Virus record (IMG/VR): IMGVR_UViG_3300010389_000007
Location: 20,835 to 84,834 of that record
Source of the DNA: a virus
Direction: 5' to 3' (one strand)
DNA: 64,000 nucleotides
In this document: positions 8,871-20,474 of the stretch, piece by piece
Layout: each line of letters starts with the position of its first letter
Numbering within the stretch: position 1 is the first letter of the stretch
The notes under the pieces: model-generated
The model's database searches: none
The model's input: the letters and a program-made list of their open reading frames with translations, nothing else
What the model was told of the DNA's origin: nothing
Program-made: the position numbers and the translations under genes

Positions 8871-8907
8871 AACTCTGTCAGGTTTCAAGATAATACTATT
8901 TAAAAAC

Positions 8908-9291
8908 TTAATCTCCAATAAACATTATTAATACTCTAGCGTGATCCGAAGCTCCAGAACCACTGGACTTGGTCATAATGACAGCACTAGTTGAAGTGTC
9001 AGCATTTGTGCCTTGAGGAACAATGTTGGGCACTGAAGTTCCTGTACTGTAACCATCATCACCTGTCCCAGCATAAACATAGTTAGCATTAGAGAAAGCA
9101 GAGCTAAAATTGACTGTATATTGACCTCCTCCTCTGTCTGTAATACTAGAGACATTAGAACTGGCATTAATTGTTACAGTTCCAGTGCCTTTGAACTGTA
9201 CCCAGGCACTCACTTTACCTTCAATATTTATATCTACTGGAGTAGAAGCTCCAGCAGTATTTTCTATAGTATTTACTCTTAAGGTACTCAT
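8908..9291 (-). CDS. Small tail-fibre tip-like protein, paralogue 3
   Basis: MSTLRVNT; AWVQFKGTG...NVSSITD..G.YTVNF. Confidence 0.75.
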   Translation of the reverse strand: MSTLRVNTIENTAGASTPVDINIEGKVSAWVQFKGTGTVTINASSNVSSITDRGGGQYTVNFSSAFSNANYVYAGTGDDGYSTGTSVPNIVPQGTNADTSTSAVIMTKSSGSGASDHARVLIMFIGD

Positions 9292-9334
9292 TCTAAATTT
9301 CTCCTATTTGATTTAAATACTATGGGTTAGTTAA

Positions 9335-9706
9335 TTAGCGGAAAACTGCTGCAAAAACATAATCACTGTTGCTGAAAGCGTTAGCTCTGGTTCTGACTTC
9401 TAGCCTAAATCCACCAGTTCCAACAAAAGCATTTGAAAGATCTCCAGCTGCTCCACTATAATTGTTTGGATTTGCTCCACAAACAGCAACATAACTTGAA
9501 TCAGAAAAAGCAGTGCTAAAATTGACTGTATATAGACCAGTACCATTATCTGTAATGCTGCTCACGTTGTTACTAGAGCGAATTGCAACAGTTCCAGTGC
9601 CATTGAAGTTCACCCATGCTTTTGCAATTCCATTTGAAATTTGAGCTGGAGTAAGACCGTTGTTCCCAGCAGCATCTTGTAATGTGTTTACTCTTAGTGT
9701 GCTCAT
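9335..9706 (-). CDS. Small tail-fibre tip-like protein, paralogue 2
   Basis: MSTLRVNT; KAWVNFNGTG...NVSSITDNGTGLYTVNF. Confidence 0.75.
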   Translation of the reverse strand: MSTLRVNTLQDAAGNNGLTPAQISNGIAKAWVNFNGTGTVAIRSSNNVSSITDNGTGLYTVNFSTAFSDSSYVAVCGANPNNYSGAAGDLSNAFVGTGGFRLEVRTRANAFSNSDYVFAAVFR

Positions 9707-9741
9707 AGTATTTCCTGTTTATTTTGTTTGGATGTCTGGAA

Positions 9742-10155
9742 TCAGTTGAATGCAGCAGCAGTAACCCACTCATGATCAACGTTGCTTCCACTAGAATTAG
9801 TAGCTCTAAGCGAGATAGATCCTACAGCGGGAGTATTAACTCCCTGTCCACCAAATTGATCACTATCATGTTGAACATATCCAGAACTAGTTTGTCCACC
9901 AGTCCCACAAACTAAACTGCAGTAATTAACATTTGGAAAATTATTAGCCCAGTTTACTCTATAATGTCCTGTTCCAACATCAGTAATACTAGAAACATTA
10001 AACGATCCATTAATAGAAATAGCACCAGTACCATTAAATCTAACCCATGCACGACATAAGGTTCCATTTTGAGTTCCACTTCCATCAGTGAACTGAACTA
10101 CATTATTAAAACCAGATGTAATGTGTTGAACTGTATTGACCTTAAGTGTGCTCAT
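9742..10155 (-). CDS. Small tail-fibre tip-like protein, paralogue 1
   Basis: MSTLKVNT; RAWVRFNGTG...NVSSITDVGTGHYRVN. Confidence 0.75.
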   Translation of the reverse strand: MSTLKVNTVQHITSGFNNVVQFTDGSGTQNGTLCRAWVRFNGTGAISINGSFNVSSITDVGTGHYRVNWANNFPNVNYCSLVCGTGGQTSSGYVQHDSDQFGGQGVNTPAVGSISLRATNSSGSNVDHEWVTAAAFN

Positions 10156-10158
10156 ATC

Positions 10159-10443
10159 TTATACCAGTGGGTTTTCTCCAAGGACATTAGCATCCCATAC
10201 TGCCTTGAGTTCATTAGTCACTCCAGTAACATCAGTAGAAGTAATGCTAGTATTATCAACGATACCAGTAGCATCTCTGAGTGCCTGCTTGCGTGTAGCA
10301 GATGCTGCTTGAGCAGTTGAGTCTGCTGCTTCAACAGCTCTCATGAAGGTTACATCTTCTGCTTGAAGCAGTGGGTTGCGAACCTCACGAATCTTATCCT
10401 TATGGATTGCTTTTGCTTTATCTACATTAATTCCAATAGGCAT
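10159..10443 (-). CDS. Tail-fibre assembly chaperone-like protein
   Basis: IREVRNPLL..ED...KQALRD pattern of Tfa-like chaperones. Confidence 0.65.
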   Translation of the reverse strand: MPIGINVDKAKAIHKDKIREVRNPLLQAEDVTFMRAVEAADSTAQAASATRKQALRDATGIVDNTSITSTDVTGVTNELKAVWDANVLGENPLV

Positions 10444-10456
10444 TGTTTAAATCTCC

Positions 10457-10654
10457 TTAATTAAAAGTCCAAGCATCTCTGTAAGTTCTATCTGAAGGAA
10501 CTTCAGATACATCAATAACTTGATAAGGTTTTCCTGGAGGAAGATCTCTCAGCAACCTTTCAAGAGATGGGCATTCTGGTGAAGGTACAATAATACTAAC
10601 TCCACCGTCATCATTGGGATAAATTACCCTTGTATTTGGATTTAGTTCAGACAT
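10457..10654 (-). CDS. Tail-fibre associated hypothetical protein
   Basis: IYPNDDGGVSIIVP...DLP.G.PY...PSDRTYRDAW, usually paired with the adjacent chaperone-like gene. Confidence 0.7.
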   Translation of the reverse strand: MSELNPNTRVIYPNDDGGVSIIVPSPECPSLERLLRDLPPGKPYQVIDVSEVPSDRTYRDAWTFN

Positions 10655-10679
10655 GATTTTAAAATTTTTGTACTTTTAT

Positions 10680-10853
10680 TTATACAACAGTCCAGTTGGC
10701 ACCAGAGTTAACTGTAACTGTGACACCACTATTTATAGTAATTGGGCCAACACTCATATAGTTGGTTCCATTAGAGAGTGTAGTGTTTCCTGTTACTTGT
10801 TGACTAGATTCAAAAAAAACTCCTCCACTACCTCCCCCTATAGTTTGTGACAT
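10680..10853 (-). CDS. 57-aa protein equal to the C-terminal motif of the 911-aa collagen fibre
   Basis: Manual translation MSQTIGGGSGGVFFESSQQVTGNTTLSNGTNYMSVGPITINSGVTVTVNSGANWTVV; ATG directly follows the upstream TAA; TATAAATA at 10677-10684. Confidence 0.8.
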   Translation of the reverse strand: MSQTIGGGSGGVFFESSQQVTGNTTLSNGTNYMSVGPITINSGVTVTVNSGANWTVV

Positions 10854-11276
10854 TTAGACCTCCTGTGCTCCAGAATAGTATTCTGTAGATTTCAAATGAT
10901 TGTATGCCTGAGTCAGAATTGAATCTGAACTATTGGGATCAATCATAAATTTAATCTCATAAGATTCTCCTTCAGTTACAATCCCATCAGGAATTTGTTC
11001 ACGAACAGTATCACCAAATTTACCAACAAATTTTCTACCATTTGATCTTGCTTCTGCAGAGGCAAACACAGTTACCTCAATAGATCCAACATATCCTGCT
11101 CTCCAATAGACCTCAGGACCCCTATCTCCAACAGTTAATCCATCTTCTCTAGAAGAATCTGGAGGTGGAGCGATGTCCTGAAGTCTTTTCTCAGTTCTGA
11201 CGTTAGTGACAAGATGATAGGCATTATCTACCACTACGCCAGTTCCAGGAATTTCAAAATCTCTCAGTAATGCCAT
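10854..11276 (-). CDS. Tail-fibre associated protein (possible chaperone)
   Basis: Directly downstream of the giant fibre; C-terminal QAYNHLKS.EYY.GA..V. Confidence 0.65.
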   Translation of the reverse strand: MALLRDFEIPGTGVVVDNAYHLVTNVRTEKRLQDIAPPPDSSREDGLTVGDRGPEVYWRAGYVGSIEVTVFASAEARSNGRKFVGKFGDTVREQIPDGIVTEGESYEIKFMIDPNSSDSILTQAYNHLKSTEYYSGAQEV

Positions 11277-11277
11277 T

Positions 11278-14200
11278 TCACTCTCCTAATTTTTTCTTGA
11301 GTTCGTCAAGTTCTCTTCTCATAGTATTTATTATTTCATTCTGTTCTTTAACTGCTTCAATTAACAGTGCAGTTAAGTTTCCATACTCAACTGAATACTC
11401 ATCAACGTCCTTAGCATGAGTGACAACTTCAGGTACAATTTGCTCAACTTCCTGAGCAATCAGACCCATCTTGATTCCTTCCTTACGGTTCTTAGCTTTT
11501 GTAAGATCCCATTCAAAAGTAACACCACGAAGTTTGAGAACCTTATCTAATGGACTCTCAATAGTTTCAATGTTCTTCTTGAGTCTGACATCAGATGCAG
11601 CAGTGATTGTGCCAGTTGCATATACATCACCACTAACATAAAGTTCATATGCAGATGATGTTGTAGATCCAGTAATACCAACACAATTATCGCCATATGA
11701 ATAGTAAACAGGCCATATTCCACCAGCAGAATAGTAAATTCCACCATTACCAGTGGCACTCTGAAACATTAAATGTGGACCTCTTCCTGAATCAAATAAA
11801 AATCCAAAATATCCACCTCTATTGCCATCTACTTTCCATGCACCATAAGATGTAGTTTCATTTGCTCTAAGGTCAGCATCATTAGTTGACTCATAAATTC
11901 CTTCATCAACTCTCAGTCTTTTGTAAGAATAGTTGTTGTTAGAAGTTCCATTGATCTGGAATCTAGCAGTGAGACTGTTATAGTCGTCCATGAACCTATA
12001 ACCACCATAATTAGAATTAGCACCAAAACTAATACCAGTATGGAAGTTAATTCTCAGATCTGGATATGGAGAATTCCATGTACCATCTTCTTGGAAAATA
12101 TCATAGGCATATGAACTAATTGAAAGGTTAGAATCACCACCAACATTCCTAGGTTTTAGAGTTCTATAAAGAAGTCTAGTTCCATCATAAGTGAGATTAG
12201 CAGCACCAGCAGGTGAACCATTGTTATTATAGATTAATTGTGTATCTGATCCTGCTACTGGACCAGGAATACCTTGGAATCCTTGAGCACCCTGACGACC
12301 TTGAGCACCTTGAGCACCAGCAGATCCTTGTCTACCTTGAGCACCTTGAGCACCTGCTGTACCCTGTCTACCTTGAGCACCTTGAGCACCTGTTGCACCT
12401 TGAGGACCTCTAGGTCCAGCAGATCCTTGTCTACCTTGTGCACCTTGTGCACCTGCTGATCCCTGTCTTCCTTGAGCACCCTGAGCACCTACAGCACCTT
12501 GTCTACCTTGAGCACCTTGAGCACCAGCAGCACCCTGGGCTCCAGCAGCACCTTGAGCACCTGCTGTACCTTGTCTTCCTTGAGCACCCTGAACTCCAGC
12601 AGCACCTTGGAAACCTTGGAATCCTTGTGCACCAACTGATCCCATAGGACCAAATACTATAGTATAAACTCCAGTAGTGGTGTTTATTGATGATGAAACA
12701 TGAAGTCCACCAGAGTGAGTAATAGATCTACTTCTTTGGAGAACACCATCCTTATAATACTTTACAGTTGATCCATCATAAGTTATTGAGAAAATAGTTG
12801 AAGTGGTATATGAACCATAAGTTCCAATATTGGATCCATTCTCATAAATTCTTGCTGTTCCAGCATTCACATACCAAGCATAATCAAGTGTTGTATATGA
12901 TGTAGATGCTGTTGGATCAGCAGTCAATGCAATCATTCCAACGCCACTAGTATTATTAACTTGGAATGCCATGTATGCATATTCATACTCTTCTGCAGAG
13001 TAAACCCTTGCATTCCATCCACTACCAGATGTTCTTTGGAATTGATTTGGTCCAGTTTGAGTTACTGTTGACAATACTGGTGTCCAAGAACCTCCTCCAA
13101 GTTGTCCTTGAGCACCCTGAGCACCACCAGATCCTTGAACTCCAGAATTTCCTTGAGCACCTTGTCTACCTTGTGCACCTTGAGCACCAGCAGCACCTTG
13201 AGCACCTGCTGCACCTTGTCTACCTTGGGCACCCTGAACTCCAGCAGCACCTTGTCTGCCTTGAGCACCTTGAGCTCCAGCAGCACCTTGTCTACCTTGA
13301 GCGCCCTGAGGTCCAATTGCACCTTGAGCACCTGTAGTTCCAGAAGCACCCTGAGCACCAGCAGCACCTTGAGCACCTGCTGCACCTTGTCTACCTTGAG
13401 CACCTTGTCTGCCCTGATATCCTTGTGCACCTTGTACACCTTGATTTCCTGTGGCACCTTGAACGCCTTGATTTCCTTGTGCACCTTGAGGTCCAATAGC
13501 ACCTTGAGCACCTGTAGTTCCAGAAGCACCTTGAGCACCCTCTACACCAGGAGATCCTTGTCTACCTTGAGCACCTTGAGCACCTGCTGCACCTTGAACC
13601 CCTTGGTATCCTTGAGCACCTTGTCTACCTTGGTGTCCTTGAGCACCTTGTCTACCTTGAGCACCTTGGACACCTGCAATTCCCTGTGGTCCTATGGATC
13701 CTTGAGCACCTACAGAACCTTGTCTACCTTGAGCACCTTGTCTACCTTGGGCACCTTGAGCACCTGTAGATCCTTGTCTACCTTGTGCTCCTTGTATTCC
13801 TTGAGCACCCTGAGCACCTGTAGATCCTTGAACACCTTGAGCACCTTGAACACCTTGAGAACCCTGAACACCTTGAGCACCTTGTCTACCTTGTGCTCCT
13901 TGTACTCCCTGTGCACCCTGAGGTCCAATTGCACCTTGAGCACCAGCAGATCCTTGTCTACCTTGAGCACCTTGAGCACCTACAGCACCTTGTCTGCCTT
14001 GAGCACCTTGAACTCCTTGAGCACCCTGAGCACCTGTAGATCCTTGAACACCTTGAGCACCCTGAACACCTTGAGTACCTTGAGCACCTACAGCACCTTG
14101 TCTACCTTGAGCCCCTTGTCTACCCTGTGCACCTTGAGGTCCAATAGCACCTTGAGCACCTACAGCACCTTGTCTGCCTTGAGCACCTTGAGCACCTACA

Positions 14201-17200
14201 GATCCTTGTCTACCCTGAGAACCCTGAATACCTTGTGCACCCTGGGCACCTACAGCACCTTGTCTACCTTGAGCCCCTTGTCTACCCTGAGCACCTTGAG
14301 AACCTTGGGGTCCTAAGAATCCTTGAGCACCTTGAGCACCTACAGCACCTTGTCTACCCTGAGAACCTTGTCTTCCTTGTGCACCCTGAACACCTTGGAA
14401 TCCTTGTGGTCCAATAGCACCCTGAACACCTTGGGATCCTTGTCTACCTTGAGCACCTTGGAATCCTTGGGCACCTTGACGACCTTGTGCACCTTGAACT
14501 CCTTGGAATCCTTGGAATCCTTGTGGTCCAATAGCACCTTGTCTACCCTGTGCACCCTGAGCACCTACAGAACCTTGTCTACCCTGAGCACCTTGAACAC
14601 CTTGTGAACCCTGCCTACCTTGGAATCCTTGAGCACCCTGAGGTCCTTGGAATCCTTGAGCACCTTGAGCACCTACAGCACCTTGTCTACCCTGAGAACC
14701 TTGTCTTCCTTGTGCACCTTGAGCACCTACAGTTCCTTGTCTTCCTTGTGCACCTTGAACTCCTTGGAAACCTTGAGCACCCTGAACTCCTTGGAATCCT
14801 TGTGCACCTTGAGGTCCAATAGAACCTTGAGTTCCATTTGTTCCTTGTACACCTTGGAATCCTTGAGCGCCTTGAGGTCCAATAGCACCTTGAACACCTT
14901 GAGCACCTTGTCTTCCTTGTGCACCTTGGAATCCTTGTGCACCCTGAACACCTTGGAATCCTTGTGCACCCTGAGGTCCATTTAGAGGTTGTGTCCACTT
15001 AACACCAGTTCCTGTAGATGCAAGAACAGAGTTTGCAACACCTACAGTTCCTGGAGTATCATATAGAGGTCCATTGATCTTTAGATTTGTTGTAGTGGTA
15101 AATCCAGAAGATCTAATATCATGAACTCTAATGCTTGGAGTTAGAGTTACAATTCCAGAAGATACTGATAGGTTAGTGGAATCAAAGGATGCAATACCTT
15201 TTGTAGAGCTTGTTGCTAATGTATGGGTGTTGCTAGTTACTCCAACAACCCTACCATAAGCATCTACAGTAAGATGTGAAATAAATTTGTCAGTCCCTGC
15301 AGATAGAGAAGTAACAGGAGTTGATACAGTTGCCAGATCAATATCATCAGGATTAATTACAATTCTTAGAGTGCTTGCAGTTCCAACATTAAAGTCTGCA
15401 CCAGAATCATATAAACCAAGACCAGCACCTTTCTGAGATGGTGATGAAATCTGAGTAAATTCAATTGCAGAAACACCAATTGCAAGTGCATAAGTGTCTC
15501 TGGTAACAAGAGCAAAACCTTTTCCTTGCTCTTCTACACCACCAATAATGAAAGCAAAGTCTCCAGTTTCAATTTCCCCAACTTGGTCATAGTCACTAGC
15601 TCTTGTTAATTCCCAAGAAGTTGATCCATTACCAACTCTGGTTACAGTGTAGAAACCATTTTCATATAGATTTGTCTGCTCTTTAATTAGGATTCTTTCA
15701 TCTAAGAATAAAGTGGTATCATCAATGGAAGTTGTACCTACACCAACACCATAGAGTTTTGCTCCAACACCACTAGCGCCATTATCATAATTTGAAACTA
15801 AGTTAATTGTAGATCCAAGAGAAACTGCCTTCTGAACCTGAATGCCTTGTGCAAAGGCATCAACATAATTCTTGGATGCAAGTTCTGCATTTTGTAGAGG
15901 GATTTGCTCATTGACAAATACTCTATCAACATAAAGATTGCTGCTGATTCCAACATCACCCTTGACCTCAAGGGTTCTTGTCATTACAGAAGTATTAACA
16001 CCAACCTTGTTTGTAGAATCATTGAAGTATAGTTCAGCACCACCAAAGTCTCCGCCATCATTATATTGAATCTGACCATCAGCACCGCCTGGAGTTACAT
16101 CAACTGTGATGGTTACACCAACTCCAGTTCCATCATTGGTTGCAGTAATATACTGTCCAACAAAGTTGAGTGCAGTTACACTTCCTGCAGTACCTACAAT
16201 AGATCCTTCATCTTTAATGGTTAGACCATTGAAGTTATTGACTGTTGCAAGTGGAACCCAATCAACACCAGTTCCAGTTGAAATTAGAACTTCATTAGCA
16301 TTACCAGTTTCTGCATTTCCATCATACAATCCACCAGAAACATAAAGACTGTTGGTTGCAGTTACAATACCAGCAGTTACATCACCATTCAGTGCACCAG
16401 AGAATCCACCAGTGGATGTTGTGACTCCAGTGATCTGAACTCCATTGTTTGTGGTCTCAAATTTCTTGGATCCGTTGTAGTAGAGTTCTACTGCACCATC
16501 TGTGATGAATTTTGCTTTAGTTTCAGTTCCATTGGTATTTTTTACTTCTAAATTATCAGCATTGATATTAAGATTTCCAGAACCAGTTTCTGAAATAATA
16601 GAATTATTATTGGAAGAGTTGTGGAAAATCTGTAAGTCAGTACCATCACCAAATCTCAATCTATCATCATCACCAAGATTTACATTACCTTGGAATGTAG
16701 AAACACCAGAGACATTCAGTGATGTGATTCTTGCATCAGCAACTGTACCAACACCAGAATAATTGAGATCTGTACCAGACAGAGTTGTTACAATACCAGT
16801 AACTATTCTTGCTTCTGTTGGTACATGGAGGTTGGTTACTGTTCCTGTTGTTGATGAAAGTGTGGTTACAATACCAGAAACAATTCTTGCCTCTGTAGGA
16901 ACATGCAGTGTTGGTGATGTAGTTACTCCTGAAACCTTGAGAGTATTTGCAATAACTACATTATCTGGGAGTCCAACTGTAACTGTAGCACCTTCACCAG
17001 TACCAGTAACTTCAATTTCATTTGTAGTTCCAGAAACTGATTCAACATAATCTCCAGTAGTATCAGTTCCAAGTTCTACTGAGTTTGGTTGAATAGTTGC
17101 TGCAAAAGATACATTACCTGTGCCATCAAAGCTAATGGGAGAAGCAAGTATATCTCCAGTAATTTGGAAAGTTCTTGCTGTTTCTAATTTTGTTGCATCT

Positions 17201-20127
17201 GTTGCTAATCCTGCATTAGCAGCATACACAGCATAAGTTGCTATATCTGCATTAGTTGCTATTCCAGCAGAAGCAGCATAAGTTGCATAGGTAGCAATTC
17301 CTGCTACATCAGCATAATCTGCTCTAGTGGCATTAGTTGAATCTGTAGCAAATCCAGCATTGGCAGCATAAGTTGCAAAAGTAGCAGCATCTGCATTGGT
17401 AGAAACTCCAGCAGAAGCAGCATAAGTTGAGTATGTAGAAACTCCAGAAGAAGCAGCATAGGTTGCATAAGTTGCTATATCTGCATTAGTTGCAATACCA
17501 GCATTAGCAGCATATGAAGCAAAAGTTGCTATATCAGCATTAGTGGAAACTCCAGCATTAGCAGCATAAGGAGTATAGGTAGCAACACCAGCATTTGCAG
17601 CATAAGTTGCATAGGTTGCTATATCTGCATTAGTGGATATTCCTGCATTAGCAGCATAAGTTGCATAAGTTGCAGCATCAGCATTAGTGGCAATACCTGC
17701 AGAAGCAGCATAAGTTGCATAAGTAGCAGCATCTGCATTAGTTGCTATTCCAGCATTAACTGCATAAGTTGCTATTCCAGCACTGATGGCATATGTTGCA
17801 ATACCTGCTGAGACTGCATAAGTAGATTCTGTAGAAATACCAGCAACTGCAGCATAATATGAGAATGTGCTAATTCCAGCATCAGCAGCATACACAGCAT
17901 AAGTTGCTATATCTGCATTTGTGGAGATACCAGCATTTGCGGCATAAGTTGCATAAGTAGCAATTCCTGCTACATCAGCATAATCAGATCTCGTGGCATT
18001 ATCTGCATTAGTAGAAACTCCAGCATTAGCAGCATATACAGCATAAGTTGCTATGTCTGCATTTGTAGAAACTCCTGCAGAAGCAGCATAGACTGCATAA
18101 GTAGCTACATCAGCATTGACTGCATTTGTGGCATCTGTTGCTAATCCTGCATTAGCAGCATAAGTTGTGAAAGTAGCAATATCAGCATTAGTTGCTATTC
18201 CAGCAGTTGCTGCATAGTTAGAATACGTTGAAATTCCAGCAACATCAGCATAATCTGCTCTAGTGGCATTGTTAGCATCAGTAGCAATTCCTGCTGTTGC
18301 TGCATAAGTTGCATAGGTAGCTGCATCTGCATTGGTAGCAATACCAGCATTAGCAGCATAAGGAGTATAGGTAGCAACTCCAGCATTTGCAGCATAAGTA
18401 GCAAAGTCTGCATCTGTAGATAGTCCAGCATTAGCAGCATATACAGCATAGGTTGCTATGTCTGCATTAGTAGCTATGCCTGCATTTGCTGCATATGGAG
18501 TGTAACTAGAGACTCCAGCATTAGCAGCGTAGGTAGCATAAGTTGCCACACCTGCTGTGCCAGCATAGGTAGAATAAATTGCAATATCAGCATTAGTTGC
18601 TATGCCAGCAGAAGCTGCATAAGTTGCATAGGTTGCAATACCTGCTACATCTGCATAATCAGATCTCGTGGCATTAGTTGAATCTGTAGCAAATCCTGCT
18701 GTAGCAGCATATACAGCAAAAGTTGCTATATCAGCATTAGTGGAAACTCCAGCATTTGCTGCATATGGAGTATAAGTAGCAACACCAGCATTAGCAGCAT
18801 AAGTGGCAAAAGTGGCATCAGTAGAAACTCCAGCAGTTCCAGCATATACAGCATAAGTTGCTATATCGGCATTAGTTGCTATACCCGCATTAGCAGCATA
18901 TGGAGTATAGGTAGCAACACCAGCATTAGCAGAATAGGTAGCATAAGTTGCTATGCCAGCAGTTCCAGAATATACAGCATAAGTTGCTATATCAGCATTG
19001 GTAGCAATACCAGCAGAAGCTGCATAAGTTGCATAGGTTGCTATTCCAGCTACATCTGCATAATCAGATCTAGTGGCATTAGTGGCATCAGTAGAAAATC
19101 CTGCATTAGCAGCATATACAGCATAAGTTGCTATATCAGCATTGGTAGCAATACCAGCAGAAGCTGCATAAGTTGCATAGGTTGCTATTCCAGCTACATC
19201 TGCATAATCAGATCTAGTGGCATTAGTGGCATCAGTAGAAAATCCTGCATTAGCAGCATATACAGCATAAGTTGCTATATCAGCATTGGTAGCAATACCA
19301 GCAGAAGCTGCATAAGTTGCATAGGTTGCTACACCAGCATTAGAAGCATAAGTTGCAGTATCTGCATTCCCAGTTAAATTTCCAGTAATATTACCAACAA
19401 AATTGCTTGCAGTAACTACTCCAGTAAAGTCAGCATCAGTTCCCTTTACATAATCAATAGTGCCAATACCAGAATAGTTAATATCTACACCAGAAAGGGA
19501 AGTTACAACACCAACTCCAATATCTGCTGTTCCTACATAAGCATTTGCATAACTTAAAGTGCCACCATCAAGAGTTTGTAGGGTACTAATGCCAAGAAAC
19601 TTGGCAGAAGTTCCTGTTAGAATATCAATATCACCAGTATCATAATCTAAAGAGGTTCCACTTAAAGATGTTACAACTCCAGTGTTAATATAACCATTGG
19701 TAAAATTGCCATTAGTATAGGTAGCAGTAGTTCCTTCTACTGTTGTTATCGTACCAATGCCATTATAATTTAAATCTCTTCCAGAAAGTGATGTAACTAC
19801 ACCTACTTCAAAATATCCAGTTTCTCCATTGACTAAAGTAGATGTAAGAGTTGTAACTACACCTACTTCAAAATATCCAGTTTCCCCATTAACTACAGTT
19901 CCCTGTAGAGTTGTGACTGTAGCAACACCAGCAGAAATATCACCACTAAATTGAGAAGCAGTAACTACCCCAGTTACTAATTGATCACCCTCAACTTGTA
20001 GTTCTGCAGTTGCATTGGTTGTGCCAATTCCAACCTTGCCAGTTACCTCTAATACTGTATCAGTATCATTGTAACCAGATAGACCAACCTTAATATCTCG
20101 TTGTCTTCTTGATAAAAAATCTGACAT
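11278..20127 (-). CDS. Giant tail fibre (2949 aa): A-x-x repeats, G-X-Q collagen, C-terminal S74 intramolecular chaperone
   Basis: ATKLETART fibre motif, GAQ/GRQ/GFQ repeats, SDVRLKKNI...GLIAQEVE...EAVKEQ. Confidence 0.9.
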   Translation of the reverse strand: MSDFLSRRQRDIKVGLSGYNDTDTVLEVTGKVGIGTTNATAELQVEGDQLVTGVVTASQFSGDISAGVATVTTLQGTVVNGETGYFEVGVVTTLTSTLVNGETGYFEVGVVTSLSGRDLNYNGIGTITTVEGTTATYTNGNFTNGYINTGVVTSLSGTSLDYDTGDIDILTGTSAKFLGISTLQTLDGGTLSYANAYVGTADIGVGVVTSLSGVDINYSGIGTIDYVKGTDADFTGVVTASNFVGNITGNLTGNADTATYASNAGVATYATYAASAGIATNADIATYAVYAANAGFSTDATNATRSDYADVAGIATYATYAASAGIATNADIATYAVYAANAGFSTDATNATRSDYADVAGIATYATYAASAGIATNADIATYAVYSGTAGIATYATYSANAGVATYTPYAANAGIATNADIATYAVYAGTAGVSTDATFATYAANAGVATYTPYAANAGVSTNADIATFAVYAATAGFATDSTNATRSDYADVAGIATYATYAASAGIATNADIAIYSTYAGTAGVATYATYAANAGVSSYTPYAANAGIATNADIATYAVYAANAGLSTDADFATYAANAGVATYTPYAANAGIATNADAATYATYAATAGIATDANNATRADYADVAGISTYSNYAATAGIATNADIATFTTYAANAGLATDATNAVNADVATYAVYAASAGVSTNADIATYAVYAANAGVSTNADNATRSDYADVAGIATYATYAANAGISTNADIATYAVYAADAGISTFSYYAAVAGISTESTYAVSAGIATYAISAGIATYAVNAGIATNADAATYATYAASAGIATNADAATYATYAANAGISTNADIATYATYAANAGVATYTPYAANAGVSTNADIATFASYAANAGIATNADIATYATYAASSGVSTYSTYAASAGVSTNADAATFATYAANAGFATDSTNATRADYADVAGIATYATYAASAGIATNADIATYAVYAANAGLATDATKLETARTFQITGDILASPISFDGTGNVSFAATIQPNSVELGTDTTGDYVESVSGTTNEIEVTGTGEGATVTVGLPDNVVIANTLKVSGVTTSPTLHVPTEARIVSGIVTTLSSTTGTVTNLHVPTEARIVTGIVTTLSGTDLNYSGVGTVADARITSLNVSGVSTFQGNVNLGDDDRLRFGDGTDLQIFHNSSNNNSIISETGSGNLNINADNLEVKNTNGTETKAKFITDGAVELYYNGSKKFETTNNGVQITGVTTSTGGFSGALNGDVTAGIVTATNSLYVSGGLYDGNAETGNANEVLISTGTGVDWVPLATVNNFNGLTIKDEGSIVGTAGSVTALNFVGQYITATNDGTGVGVTITVDVTPGGADGQIQYNDGGDFGGAELYFNDSTNKVGVNTSVMTRTLEVKGDVGISSNLYVDRVFVNEQIPLQNAELASKNYVDAFAQGIQVQKAVSLGSTINLVSNYDNGASGVGAKLYGVGVGTTSIDDTTLFLDERILIKEQTNLYENGFYTVTRVGNGSTSWELTRASDYDQVGEIETGDFAFIIGGVEEQGKGFALVTRDTYALAIGVSAIEFTQISSPSQKGAGLGLYDSGADFNVGTASTLRIVINPDDIDLATVSTPVTSLSAGTDKFISHLTVDAYGRVVGVTSNTHTLATSSTKGIASFDSTNLSVSSGIVTLTPSIRVHDIRSSGFTTTTNLKINGPLYDTPGTVGVANSVLASTGTGVKWTQPLNGPQGAQGFQGVQGAQGFQGAQGRQGAQGVQGAIGPQGAQGFQGVQGTNGTQGSIGPQGAQGFQGVQGAQGFQGVQGAQGRQGTVGAQGAQGRQGSQGRQGAVGAQGAQGFQGPQGAQGFQGRQGSQGVQGAQGRQGSVGAQGAQGRQGAIGPQGFQGFQGVQGAQGRQGAQGFQGAQGRQGSQGVQGAIGPQGFQGVQGAQGRQGSQGRQGAVGAQGAQGFLGPQGSQGAQGRQGAQGRQGAVGAQGAQGIQGSQGRQGSVGAQGAQGRQGAVGAQGAIGPQGAQGRQGAQGRQGAVGAQGTQGVQGAQGVQGSTGAQGAQGVQGAQGRQGAVGAQGAQGRQGSAGAQGAIGPQGAQGVQGAQGRQGAQGVQGSQGVQGAQGVQGSTGAQGAQGIQGAQGRQGSTGAQGAQGRQGAQGRQGSVGAQGSIGPQGIAGVQGAQGRQGAQGHQGRQGAQGYQGVQGAAGAQGAQGRQGSPGVEGAQGASGTTGAQGAIGPQGAQGNQGVQGATGNQGVQGAQGYQGRQGAQGRQGAAGAQGAAGAQGASGTTGAQGAIGPQGAQGRQGAAGAQGAQGRQGAAGVQGAQGRQGAAGAQGAAGAQGAQGRQGAQGNSGVQGSGGAQGAQGQLGGGSWTPVLSTVTQTGPNQFQRTSGSGWNARVYSAEEYEYAYMAFQVNNTSGVGMIALTADPTASTSYTTLDYAWYVNAGTARIYENGSNIGTYGSYTTSTIFSITYDGSTVKYYKDGVLQRSRSITHSGGLHVSSSINTTTGVYTIVFGPMGSVGAQGFQGFQGAAGVQGAQGRQGTAGAQGAAGAQGAAGAQGAQGRQGAVGAQGAQGRQGSAGAQGAQGRQGSAGPRGPQGATGAQGAQGRQGTAGAQGAQGRQGSAGAQGAQGRQGAQGFQGIPGPVAGSDTQLIYNNNGSPAGAANLTYDGTRLLYRTLKPRNVGGDSNLSISSYAYDIFQEDGTWNSPYPDLRINFHTGISFGANSNYGGYRFMDDYNSLTARFQINGTSNNNYSYKRLRVDEGIYESTNDADLRANETTSYGAWKVDGNRGGYFGFLFDSGRGPHLMFQSATGNGGIYYSAGGIWPVYYSYGDNCVGITGSTTSSAYELYVSGDVYATGTITAASDVRLKKNIETIESPLDKVLKLRGVTFEWDLTKAKNRKEGIKMGLIAQEVEQIVPEVVTHAKDVDEYSVEYGNLTALLIEAVKEQNEIINTMRRELDELKKKLGE
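12270..14980 (-). repeat. Collagen-like G-X-Q repeat tract interrupted by a ~150-aa globular domain (~12650-13095)
   Basis: 9-nt periodic ccttgagca-type repeats. Confidence 0.9.
17190..19370 (-). repeat. Ala-every-third-residue repeat ([15 protein letters not shown]) with a near-exact 144-bp tandem unit at ~18970-19331
   Basis: tatacagcataagttgctatatcagc recurs at 18971, 19115, 19259. Confidence 0.9.
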
Positions 20128-20131
20128 TTAA

Positions 20132-20473
20132 TTACCTCTTGGCACTTTCTAGAACGCTAAGAACAATCTCCAGGGTTCCATCTACACTCCCCTGAACCTT
20201 AAAAACGTCACCTGTTTCCAAAATTAATCTTCCAGATAATAATGAAGTAGAATCATTTGCTGGAATTGGAGTTTCTTTTACTAACCTTGCATCAACTCCA
20301 CTTCTGGAGTGTGCTGCAGTAACTGTCTGGGTTGAGGTTCCTGTACCTACATTACTGACCTGAGCAAGCAAAATAATAGAGGCAACTCCAGTTGGAGCAG
20401 TATAAATCCCTACATTAGAAGTAGTGACATTATGCCTGATGGTCAAAAATTTATTAAGTGCTATTTGTGCCAT
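20132..20473 (-). CDS. Small fibre adaptor-like structural protein (paralogue of 27770-28153)
   Basis: MAQ..LN.F.T...IYT..TG..SI.L.AQV.N...IP.ND...L.GRL.LE. Confidence 0.75.
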   Translation of the reverse strand: MAQIALNKFLTIRHNVTTSNVGIYTAPTGVASIILLAQVSNVGTGTSTQTVTAAHSRSGVDARLVKETPIPANDSTSLLSGRLILETGDVFKVQGSVDGTLEIVLSVLESAKR

Positions 20474-20474
20474 A

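Noticed and set aside
10812-10819. T8 run as a phase-variation or slippage site
   Set aside because: Encodes V-F-F in frame, matching PFF in the paralogous motif; no useful alternate-frame product seen.
12213-14998. Many overlapping antisense or alternate-frame ORFs such as the 404-aa STLSTL ORF
   Set aside because: By-products of the 9-nt collagen periodicity; no RBS or domain content.
17190-19370. CRISPR-like array
   Set aside because: Repeats are in-frame coding units without unique spacers; the Cas4-like exonuclease is a standard T4-like core gene.
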